IMG/VR virus record: IMGVR_UViG_3300017748_000005
Coordinates: 5,519-69,518 of that record
Source: a virus
Reading direction: 5' to 3' (one strand)
DNA length: 64,000 nucleotides
The position numbers were made by a program, and so were the translations under genes. The notes under the pieces were generated by a model that made no database searches, was not told the origin of the DNA, and was given only the letters and a program-made list of their open reading frames with translations. Positions 56,461-64,000 of the stretch are shown in pieces (within the stretch, counting starts at the first letter, position 1; each line of letters opens with the position of its first letter).

Positions 56461-56480
56461 AAGCAGGCTAACGCCTGCTT
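56461..56480 (+). promoter_or_regulatory. TAAC hairpin element
   Basis: aagcaggc-TAAC-gcctgctt; ATG 40 nt after loop. Confidence 0.75.
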
Positions 56481-56512
56481 TTTTTATTGCGTTCAATATA
56501 TTCAAACATCAC

Positions 56513-57487
56513 ATGACTGCTAACTGCACATCTGCCTGGCTCGGCAACAACGAGGCTGCTTGGCATGGTATCGGAACCGTTACCGCAGGTAGTCTCCCAG
56601 CGCGAGAAGCTTTTGAAACAGCAGAAGCACTCTTCACTGTGGAAAAGCGAGAGCTTTCCTTCCCAAAAGAAAGCACTTTTACCGATCCAGCTACAGGATT
56701 CGTCAGTAACGTCACTATCCAAGAACCATCAGGTTCATTCGGAGTTGTCCGAACAGACACCCAAGCCTTGCTCGGTGTCGTCTCCAAGCAATACGAGCTT
56801 GTACAAAACGACAGCCTTCTACGTATGGCGGAGTTCATCCGCGAAGAAGTTGACATGGACTGCGTCATCGTTTTATCACACGGTGCCAAGATCTGCTTTA
56901 CCGCCACACTCCGTGGTGCGTCGGCGGACATCGTCCCTGGCGACACAGTCAAACGCCGCATCGTGGGTTACTTGGGACACGACGGTAAAACTGGCTGCGG
57001 GGCAAAGTTCACCAATATCAGAGTTGTTTGTCAAAACACACTGACTGCCGCCTTTCGTGAGTCCGGTGCTCACAGCAGCATCACTCACAAGAATGGTGCT
57101 AATGCCAACTTTGATGCTCTTATCAACAGCATTGATGTAGCACGTCAGGACTTTGTCACTGAGTGCGATCTAATGCGTGAGTTCTCTCGTGCATCTATGG
57201 GTCCTAGCGCCTTCAATGACTTTGTTGACGAGGTCTACAACATTGACCAAGACCAAGTCTTCCGCAAGCGTGAGAAACTTGAGCGTGCTTTCCGTGACGG
57301 ATATGGTGCTAGCTATGCACCTTCCTCTCTTTGGAATGGCATCAATGCTATTACACAAGTAGAAACAAGCACTCTTGCCGATACTAAATCTAAGCGTAAC
57401 GCTCAGTTTGCTCGTGGCACCTTCGGTGTAGGTGCACAAATCAGCAAGCGTGCTTTCAAAGTAGCTGCTGAACTAGTTAACGCCTGA
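56513..57487 (+). CDS. DUF932 family phage/plasmid protein
   Basis: AWHGIG, VRTDT..LGVVSKQYELVQN, GHDG, IRVVCQNTL, SLWNGINAIT. Confidence 0.85.
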   Translation: MTANCTSAWLGNNEAAWHGIGTVTAGSLPAREAFETAEALFTVEKRELSFPKESTFTDPATGFVSNVTIQEPSGSFGVVRTDTQALLGVVSKQYELVQNDSLLRMAEFIREEVDMDCVIVLSHGAKICFTATLRGASADIVPGDTVKRRIVGYLGHDGKTGCGAKFTNIRVVCQNTLTAAFRESGAHSSITHKNGANANFDALINSIDVARQDFVTECDLMREFSRASMGPSAFNDFVDEVYNIDQDQVFRKREKLERAFRDGYGASYAPSSLWNGINAITQVETSTLADTKSKRNAQFARGTFGVGAQISKRAFKVAAELVNA

Positions 57488-57565
57488 TCACACTGATATT
57501 AGAGCTATATTAATAATAGTTAGGGAGCAGCCTAGCTGCTCCTCTATATCACTGATGGAGGTGTT

Positions 57566-57712
57566 ATGTCTCATACAATTAGAAATGAGAAAACCAAAGG
57601 TTTTCTTGACAAACTTGCACAACGTCGCAAAGAACATAAACAAGCGCGTGAACAGAAAGCTCAAGAACTTAATTACCATTTTGAATTAGAACTTTTATTT
57701 GATCCGCTTTGA
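57566..57712 (+). CDS. Small basic protein (48 aa)
   Basis: GGAGGT RBS then MSHTIRNEKTKG..., read manually. Confidence 0.5.
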   Translation: MSHTIRNEKTKGFLDKLAQRRKEHKQAREQKAQELNYHFELELLFDPL

Positions 57713-57862
57713 TTTGATGACCTTATTGTGTATCTATAATCTTAAAGTTTAAGTACAAATACTACAACAGGCCTTGCATTGTGTCGTTTACAATACGCAA
57801 TGTAGGCCATTTTTTATGGCTGAGTAATACCCGCTACACAAAATATCTGTCTTATTAATTAA

Positions 57863-58948
57863 ATGTCTTCCATTACGAACCTCGCGGGTTCCCAGCGCGA
57901 ATCAACCTGGGAAAATTTTTGCTCATGGGTAACTTCAACCAATAATCGTCTTTATGTCGGTTGGTTTGGTGTTCTCATGATTCCTACGCTGCTTGCAGCA
58001 ACCATTTGTTTTATTACTGCTTTTGTAGCAGCCCCACCTGTAGATATCGATGGCATCCGAGAACCAGTCGCAGGATCGCTCCTGTATGGAAACAACATCA
58101 TCTCAGGAGCAGTTGTTCCCTCAAGTAACGCAATCGGGCTCCATTTTTACCCAATCTGGGAAGCTGCAAGCCTTGACGAATGGCTCTACAACGGCGGACC
58201 GTATCAACTCGTCGTGTTCCACTTCCTCATCGGTATCTTCTCTTACCTGGGACGAGAGTGGGAACTTAGTTATCGACTAGGTATGCGTCCTTGGATCTGC
58301 GTTGCTTACAGCGCACCTGTGGCCGCAGCCTCTGCTGTTTTTCTGGTATATCCATTTGGACAAGGTAGCTTTTCTGATGGGATGCCCCTTGGTATCTCTG
58401 GAACTTTCAACTTTATGCTTGTCTTCCAAGCGGAGCACAATATCCTCATGCACCCGTTTCATATGCTGGGCGTTGCCGGCGTATTCGGTGGGTCTTTGTT
58501 TAGTGCTATGCACGGAAGTTTGGTTACTTCTTCTCTCGTTAGAGAAACAACTGAAACTGAGTCTCAGAACTATGGTTACAAGTTTGGACAAGAAGAAGAG
58601 ACGTACAACATCGTAGCCGCACATGGTTACTTCGGTCGTTTGATCTTCCAATATGCATCCTTTAATAACAGCCGTTCACTTCACTTCTTCCTGGCTGCGT
58701 GGCCGGTCGTTGGTATCTGGTTTACCTCCCTCGGCGTCTCAACCATGGCATTCAACCTCAACGGATTCAACTTCAATCAATCCATTGTTGAAAGTCAAGG
58801 TCGTGTTGTAAACACCTGGGCTGACGTGCTTAACCGCGCTGGCCTTGGAATGGAAGTGATGCACGAGCGCAATGCTCACAACTTCCCCCTGGACCTGGCT
58901 GCTGCCGAGTCCACACCTGTTGCACTCACCGCTCCCTCGATCGGCTGA
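57863..58948 (+). CDS. psbA: Photosystem II D1 protein
   Basis: Full-length D1: [22 protein letters not shown]. Confidence 0.99.
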   Translation: MSSITNLAGSQRESTWENFCSWVTSTNNRLYVGWFGVLMIPTLLAATICFITAFVAAPPVDIDGIREPVAGSLLYGNNIISGAVVPSSNAIGLHFYPIWEAASLDEWLYNGGPYQLVVFHFLIGIFSYLGREWELSYRLGMRPWICVAYSAPVAAASAVFLVYPFGQGSFSDGMPLGISGTFNFMLVFQAEHNILMHPFHMLGVAGVFGGSLFSAMHGSLVTSSLVRETTETESQNYGYKFGQEEETYNIVAAHGYFGRLIFQYASFNNSRSLHFFLAAWPVVGIWFTSLGVSTMAFNLNGFNFNQSIVESQGRVVNTWADVLNRAGLGMEVMHERNAHNFPLDLAAAESTPVALTAPSIG

Positions 58949-59196
58949 TGCTCAGACAGGATGATTTCCTTGGACGCCTGGCTCTTGCACTACAAGAGCT
59001 GGGCTTTTCTTCTAGTGATGAACTAGAAGTAGTCACAGGCGGCTCCTCTGTCTACGAAATTGATGGAGCAGGAACAAAGTGGGCACCTGAAAAAGGCACA
59101 CGCAAATATAACAAGGATGCATTCATCGTCATCCGCAGACCAGAACAAGTTGTTTCAAGTAAAGCAAATGAAGAGTATAGGGCTACTGATACTTAG
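58948..59196 (+). CDS. Hypothetical protein
   Basis: 82-aa ORF coupled to psbA (TGATG). Confidence 0.55.
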   Translation: MLRQDDFLGRLALALQELGFSSSDELEVVTGGSSVYEIDGAGTKWAPEKGTRKYNKDAFIVIRRPEQVVSSKANEEYRATDT

Positions 59197-59563
59197 AGTA
59201 TCTATTGGCATGATGCTAATACATCATGGATATGAGAAACTTGCAAACATTGACAATTTTGCCGATGCCTTTGTTCGTCCTCTTCATCTTCCATTTCCTA
59301 TTGCACTCTCGTATGCTGCTGCGTTCTCAGAAATCGTAGGCAGTTGGATGCTGATCACTGGATTCTTAACTAGAATCGGCGGTCTGCTAATTGCAAGCAC
59401 AGCAAGTGTAGGTATATACCATGCACTTATGACCACCGGCTTTAATATTTACTTGTTAGAGTTACTCGTGCTCTACCTAGGTGGTGCACTTTGTATTGCT
59501 CTCACTGGTAGTGGGATGTTTGCAATCGATGAACTTATAAACAGACGTTTAGTAAAACAATGA
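59168..59563 (+). CDS. DoxX family membrane protein
   Basis: [30 protein letters not shown]. Confidence 0.85.
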   Translation: MKSIGLLILRVSIGMMLIHHGYEKLANIDNFADAFVRPLHLPFPIALSYAAAFSEIVGSWMLITGFLTRIGGLLIASTASVGIYHALMTTGFNIYLLELLVLYLGGALCIALTGSGMFAIDELINRRLVKQ

Positions 59564-60624
59564 CAACATTATCAAATGGAACATTATCTGGAGACCGGCT
59601 CTCTGTCTTTGATCGACTTGATGACTGGCTCAAACGTGATCGATTTGTTTTTGTGGGTTGGTCTGGCCTCTTGCTGTTTCCAACTGCTTATATGGCTATT
59701 GGCGGATGGCTCACAGGAACCACCTTCGCCACCTCCTGGTACACCCATGGTCTCGCCAGTTCGTATCTCGAAGGAGCCAACTTCCTCACGTCAGCGGTAA
59801 GTACACCTGCTGACAGCATGGGTCATTCACTCTTGCTTTTGTGGGGACCTGAAGCTCAAGGCAGCTTTGTTCGCTGGATCCAACTTGGTGGCCTCTGGTG
59901 CTTTGTTGCATTGCATGGCGCATTTGCACTTATTGGATTCATGCTTAGGCAATTCGAAATCAGCAGACTTGTTGGCATACGTCCTTATAACGCAATTGCA
60001 TTTAGTGGACCTATTGCTGTTTTTGTCAGTGTATTTCTTATTTATCCACTAGGACAAAGCAGCTGGTTTTTTGCACCGTCGTTTGGTGTTGCTGCAATCT
60101 TCCGGTTCTTACTTTTTCTGCAAGGTTTCCACAATTGGACTCTTAATCCATTCCATATGATGGGAGTAGCAGGAATCCTCGGTGGTGCTCTGCTTTGTGC
60201 AATTCATGGCGCAACTGTAGAAAACACTTTGTACGAAGATGGTGAACAATCAAACACATTTAAAGCATTCGAACCTACGCAAGAAGAAGAGACTTACTCG
60301 ATGGTTACAGCCAATCGTTTCTGGTCTCAGATCTTTGGTGTGGCTTTTAGCAACAAGCGTTGGCTTCACTTTTTTATGCTGTTTGTACCTGTTATGGGTC
60401 TTTGGGTATCTAGTATTGGTATTATTGGCCTCGCCCTTAATCTACGTGCTTACGACTTTGTCTCGCAAGAGATAAGGGCAGCTGAAGATCCTGAGTTTGA
60501 AACCTTCTATACGAAGAATATCTTGCTCAATGAAGGACTACGTGCATGGCTTGCACCAGTTGATCAACCGCATGAAAACTTTGTCTTCCCTGAGGAAGTA
60601 TTACCTAGAGGCAATGCTTTGTAA
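59560..60624 (+). CDS. psbD: Photosystem II D2 protein
   Basis: [28 protein letters not shown]. Confidence 0.99.
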   Translation: MTTLSNGTLSGDRLSVFDRLDDWLKRDRFVFVGWSGLLLFPTAYMAIGGWLTGTTFATSWYTHGLASSYLEGANFLTSAVSTPADSMGHSLLLLWGPEAQGSFVRWIQLGGLWCFVALHGAFALIGFMLRQFEISRLVGIRPYNAIAFSGPIAVFVSVFLIYPLGQSSWFFAPSFGVAAIFRFLLFLQGFHNWTLNPFHMMGVAGILGGALLCAIHGATVENTLYEDGEQSNTFKAFEPTQEEETYSMVTANRFWSQIFGVAFSNKRWLHFFMLFVPVMGLWVSSIGIIGLALNLRAYDFVSQEIRAAEDPEFETFYTKNILLNEGLRAWLAPVDQPHENFVFPEEVLPRGNAL

Positions 60625-60794
60625 GTGATAAATGCTATATCATTTAGTTATTTGCAGATGACAAATGTCCTTGTCTAACGAAGAACTAAATGATATCAGG
60701 CAAGCCTTAAGTTACTACATGCGTATGCATATAAGCATTAATAACCCACGCTACAAACAATTTCAATTAATATTAGAAAAACTACAAGATATAA

Positions 60795-61439
60795 ATGAGA
60801 ATCTTTCTTGACACTGCAGATACCAGTATCATTCAAACTCACTTCGCAACAGGTTTAATTGATGGTGTTACTACTAATCCAACTTTAATCAGAAAATCAG
60901 GTCGTGATCCAATTGAAGTTTACACAGAACTTGCTCAACTTGGCGTACCTGACATCAGCATGGAAGTCTCTGGTAATACAATCGCCATGTATGAAGAGGG
61001 TAAAAAGCTTGCCAACCTATTCGGACATGTAGCAACTATTAAGGTCCCTATGACCAGAGACGGGTTGTTAGTTTGTCGCCAATTGAGCAATGAAGGCATT
61101 AAAACAAATGTCACACTGATCTTCACTATTCCTCAAGCAATTCTTGCTGCAAAAGCAGGTGCTACTTATGTCTCTCCTTTTGTAGGAAGGTTAGATGACC
61201 AGCAAATTGCTGGGTTGGAAGTTGTAAGAGGTATCACTAGCGTCTATGCATCTCAAGGAGTCAGCACACAAGTACTTGCTGCATCTATTCGAAATGTGCA
61301 CCGCGCTGTCCGATCTTTCTACAACGGAGCACACGCAGTTACAATGCCTCCCAACGTATTTTCAGATATGTATAATCACATGTTGACAGATGCTGGACTT
61401 GATATTTTTGAAAAAGATTTAGCCGCAATGACTAAATAA
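60795..61439 (+). CDS. talC: Transaldolase (TalC type)
   Basis: IFLDTAD, GVTTNPTLI, IKVPMT, YVSPFVGRLDD, LAASIR. Confidence 0.95.
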   Translation: MRIFLDTADTSIIQTHFATGLIDGVTTNPTLIRKSGRDPIEVYTELAQLGVPDISMEVSGNTIAMYEEGKKLANLFGHVATIKVPMTRDGLLVCRQLSNEGIKTNVTLIFTIPQAILAAKAGATYVSPFVGRLDDQQIAGLEVVRGITSVYASQGVSTQVLAASIRNVHRAVRSFYNGAHAVTMPPNVFSDMYNHMLTDAGLDIFEKDLAAMTK

Positions 61440-61471
61440 TATATTAGAATTTAAAGAGATTGTTAACAATT

Positions 61472-61663
61472 ATGTCTGTTACAACTGAAGACGGTAATCG
61501 TCAAAACATTTTCGCTAAGGAACCTATCATGACTATTGAATCAGTAACTGTTAATCACAACGAGAAAGCAGAAAAGCTCAACGGACGTTTGGCTATGTTG
61601 GGCGTAATTGCCGCACTTGGTGCCTACGCTGTCACAGGGCAACTTATTCCTGGCATTTGGTGA
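61472..61663 (+). CDS. hli: High-light-inducible protein
   Basis: AEKLNGRLAMLGVIAALGAYAVTGQLIPGIW. Confidence 0.93.
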   Translation: MSVTTEDGNRQNIFAKEPIMTIESVTVNHNEKAEKLNGRLAMLGVIAALGAYAVTGQLIPGIW

Positions 61664-61785
61664 CAATAGCTACTTATATATAATAATTAGCTAGTATTAA
61701 TTAGTTGGGCCGAAGAAGAACTCCGTCAGGCCCTTTAATTGAATAAAAGTTAGGGAGTTTTTTGGAGTTTCCATCCCTGTAATTG

Positions 61786-61824
61786 AAAGCCCTGCTGGAT
61801 TGATCACCAGTGGGGCTTCCCTTT
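61786..61824. terminator. Terminator-like hairpin between convergent units
   Basis: aagccctgctgg...ccagtggggctt. Confidence 0.55.
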
Positions 61825-62114
61825 TAGAAGATATCTGGCAAAGGCTCTTTAGGCGGCCTCAGCTCCATATTCCTCGCCTTCTGGGCACTTAGCTCCTGCA
61901 TACGCATTTGCTGCGCTCTGATGCCCGGTGCGAAGGCATTACGGCCTTTGTATCTAAGTGTCGTGTTTGGCTGACGATTGTTTTCATACGCAGCTTGTCC
62001 ACGCCTCTGGCGTGCTCTAGCCAAAGCTTGTGTGCGTCTAGACGTATCGAAGCCTCGGTCTTCAGCCTTCAGACGTCGCTTGTCAATCGGTTTGTTTCTA
62101 AGATTGACTGCCAC
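61824..62114 (-). CDS. Basic hypothetical protein
   Basis: 96-aa Arg-rich ORF. Confidence 0.5.
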   Translation of the reverse strand: MAVNLRNKPIDKRRLKAEDRGFDTSRRTQALARARQRRGQAAYENNRQPNTTLRYKGRNAFAPGIRAQQMRMQELSAQKARNMELRPPKEPLPDIF

Positions 62115-62137
62115 TTCTCATTTTCTGACCTTTCTTA

Positions 62138-62347
62138 TTATACCCCTAGGGTTGTAGAAATATCTTTCACTTTTTTAATCAATGGTGTCATTGTCATAAG
62201 CATCTGCTGCGCTGCTTTCTTCTCAACATCAGCCTCAAGAGTTTCAATCCTTACAGTAAGATCCTTGATAGTCTGATTTTTTGTATAAGCAGTAAAACGC
62301 ATGCCTAAAGCCAAAGCTAGTGCAGGCCCAATTACATATCCAATCAT
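62138..62347 (-). CDS. Small membrane-anchored coiled-coil protein
   Basis: N-terminal hydrophobic helix followed by coiled coil. Confidence 0.5.
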   Translation of the reverse strand: MIGYVIGPALALALGMRFTAYTKNQTIKDLTVRIETLEADVEKKAAQQMLMTMTPLIKKVKDISTTLGV

Positions 62348-62385
62348 TGTTCTAGCTGATATTTAACGTAAGTCTAGTGTATTAC

Positions 62386-62757
62386 TCAAAGGAACATGAG
62401 GTCGTCACCATCTAAATCTTCGTCTTCCCAGCCAGTGTCCTCAATATCAGGATTAATGGTGTCATCGTCCTGCATGCTCAAAATATCTACGAAAGTTTCT
62501 TCAGAAATAATCTCAGGTGCCGGACCCGCTTCTTCCTGAATTTTAAACAGAATGCCACTAGAGGCTAGCGTTTGCTGAATGTCATTCTTCTGCTCCATAC
62601 GAGAACGAAGCAGTTTTATGACGGTCCTTTCAAGCGCACGACGGGACATACGACCCGCTTCGTATTGGGCTCTCTGTAATGCAAATCGTTGTTCGATCGA
62701 TAGTTGATTCATCATCTTCCTCATGGCGGGGTCTGTGATTAGCAACCCACTCATCAA
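62386..62757 (-). CDS. Hypothetical protein with acidic tail
   Basis: 123-aa ORF. Confidence 0.55.
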   Translation of the reverse strand: MMSGLLITDPAMRKMMNQLSIEQRFALQRAQYEAGRMSRRALERTVIKLLRSRMEQKNDIQQTLASSGILFKIQEEAGPAPEIISEETFVDILSMQDDDTINPDIEDTGWEDEDLDGDDLMFL

Positions 62758-63055
62758 TTAAATCGTGTGCTACACGGTTGTAAAAACTTTGAGTAGTAAA
62801 CCACTCGTAAAAATCTCTACTTCCTTTTGACTGGTTACAGTCTACACAGCACGGAACTAAATTGGAGCGGAGATCTGAGCCTCCTCGACATCGTGGTTTC
62901 AAGTGATCAACAGTGGTGGCCCTTTCTTCTCTGCAGTAAGCACATAAACCTCCCCATGCTGTTTGGATTGCGTGACGGAACTGTCTTTTAGCAGAACCCT
63001 TTTGTAAGCAATTGAGCGAGAACATAAGTTCCCGCCAATCTTCTTGAATCCCCAT
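62630..63055 (-). CDS. HNH endonuclease
   Basis: CAYC..TVDHLKPRCRGGSD..SNLVPCCVDCNQSKG. Confidence 0.85.
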   Translation of the reverse strand: MGIQEDWRELMFSLNCLQKGSAKRQFRHAIQTAWGGLCAYCREERATTVDHLKPRCRGGSDLRSNLVPCCVDCNQSKGSRDFYEWFTTQSFYNRVAHDLIDEWVANHRPRHEEDDESTIDRTTICITESPIRSGSYVPSCA

Positions 63056-63091
63056 CGTTGTTGTTAGCAACTTGCCTTAACTATAAAGGCA

Positions 63092-63340
63092 TCACGAGTC
63101 CTTTTTGTGTCTGTAAGTAACCCCCATAGGACCTCCTAGTGGTGTTTCACCATCCTGCTTTTCCCAGTACTCCCACTCTTTTTCATAAGCTTCTTCTGTT
63201 ACTTTGACATACTCGTCCACCTCTACCCCGAGCTTTCGAGGCAGAGTAACGTAGAACTTTTTAGATTGAATGGCTCTATTTAATTCATCTAATCGCGAAT
63301 GGGACCTGTATTCACGGATCCAGTCCCCATCCTCAATCAT
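63092..63340 (-). CDS. Hypothetical protein
   Basis: 82-aa ORF. Confidence 0.5.
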   Translation of the reverse strand: MIEDGDWIREYRSHSRLDELNRAIQSKKFYVTLPRKLGVEVDEYVKVTEEAYEKEWEYWEKQDGETPLGGPMGVTYRHKKDS

Positions 63341-63483
63341 CAGATCTTTTTTCCAGGCTTAAGTTGATACACGACACGCAGAACCATCTGAACAATACTA
63401 TTATCTTTCAGTGGGCTGAGTGCAATAATTTCGCTGATAGCAGCGACAACTATCCAAAATTCAGCAGACGATAGAAATTCCAT
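63340..63483 (-). CDS. Small hydrophobic protein (47 aa)
   Basis: MEFLSSAEFWIVVAAISEIIALSPLKDNSIVQMVLRVVYQLKPGKKI; TAGAAT 22 nt upstream. Confidence 0.55.
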   Translation of the reverse strand: MEFLSSAEFWIVVAAISEIIALSPLKDNSIVQMVLRVVYQLKPGKKI

Positions 63484-63515
63484 AAGTTTATATAACTCTC
63501 CGTATATTCTACTTG

Positions 63516-63632
63516 CTACACAACTACGTTAACTACCCCAAATTACTATAACCTCTATTTTTATTCCTCTATCTATATAAGACTTTTAAACAGGTTTATA
63601 TATAGAGCAACGTAGTTAGCGTAGCTTTGTAG
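63516..63632. repeat. CTAC-triplet inverted-repeat element, copy 4
   Basis: ctacacaactacgttaactac (63516-63536) ... gtagttagcgtagctttgtag (63612-63632). Confidence 0.85.
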
Positions 63633-63905
63633 TTAAATTCCGTATTTACGCTTCATTTCATCGATACGTCGTCTATCACCACCAACATGAGCGTCAATTT
63701 TATCTTCTAGACGTTCTAGCACTCTGAACAGCTCTGAGAACTGCTCTTTAAACTCTTGTTTAGTCACGTAATTCTCAGCAACTTTAAGCTCTAAAGCGTC
63801 CATCCTTCGATCCGCATGATCGATCTTGCGAAAAGCCACACCAAACATTGATAGTAATGATGCGACTCCGGCAGCAATAAGGTAGTCAGGAAGCATGGTT
63901 TCCAC
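63633..63905 (-). CDS. Small membrane-anchored coiled-coil protein
   Basis: N-terminal TM helix, then coiled coil with VAENYVTK motif. Confidence 0.55.
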   Translation of the reverse strand: METMLPDYLIAAGVASLLSMFGVAFRKIDHADRRMDALELKVAENYVTKQEFKEQFSELFRVLERLEDKIDAHVGGDRRRIDEMKRKYGI

Positions 63906-64000
63906 TTTTTACTAAATATGTGCCTATAAAAAATGGCCCTTTCAAATTGTACCTTTTATACAACTTTCTATGTTGTGTGCCCCTTTATAAATGCAGCTCA

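Noticed and set aside
27257-56480. Hairpins as ordinary intrinsic terminators only
   Set aside because: Not fully excluded, since several have T tracts and outer G-T pairs. It does not explain the conserved loop, fixed spacing to AGT and start codons, or copies without a T tract (37320).
56420-56512. Upstream extensions of ORFs at 27656, 28268, 30442, 31365 and 56420
   Set aside because: They read through hairpin elements; downstream ATGs at the conserved spacing are more plausible starts.
57863-60624. Introns in psbA or psbD
   Set aside because: Both ORFs are uninterrupted and full length.
1-64000. tRNA, rRNA, integrase or transposase genes
   Set aside because: None recognised by eye; a tRNAscan-SE or Aragorn run would be needed to exclude tRNAs.

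Overview
A 64-kb piece of a large lytic cyanophage genome (marine Synechococcus/Prochlorococcus-type host), with no host housekeeping context. 1-26.2 kb is a mostly minus-strand virion module: major capsid protein, scaffold, portal, large terminase, an RpoD-like sigma factor, a lytic transglycosylase and many low-complexity proteins. 26.3-27.2 kb is a non-coding strand-switch region that may be the genome end. 27.3-38 kb is a plus-strand array of very small early genes. 38-57 kb holds nucleotide metabolism and replication genes (IF-1, MazG-like, nrdA/nrdB, thyX, SSB-like proteins, nuclease, primase-VirE, split family A DNA polymerase). 57.8-61.7 kb holds auxiliary metabolic genes (psbA, psbD, talC, hli). 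The most striking unexplained structure is non-coding. (1) About 25 co-oriented hairpins have freely covarying stems but a conserved loop (TAAC; GTTA on the template strand) and sit at a near-fixed distance from early start codons, suggesting a hairpin-promoter system. (2) Four dispersed 115-128 bp elements consist of inverted CTAC-N4-CTAC-N5-CTAC arms around an AT-rich core, resembling iteron origins. There is also a glnA-type glutamine riboswitch. All calls come from motif reading by eye; no database searches were run.
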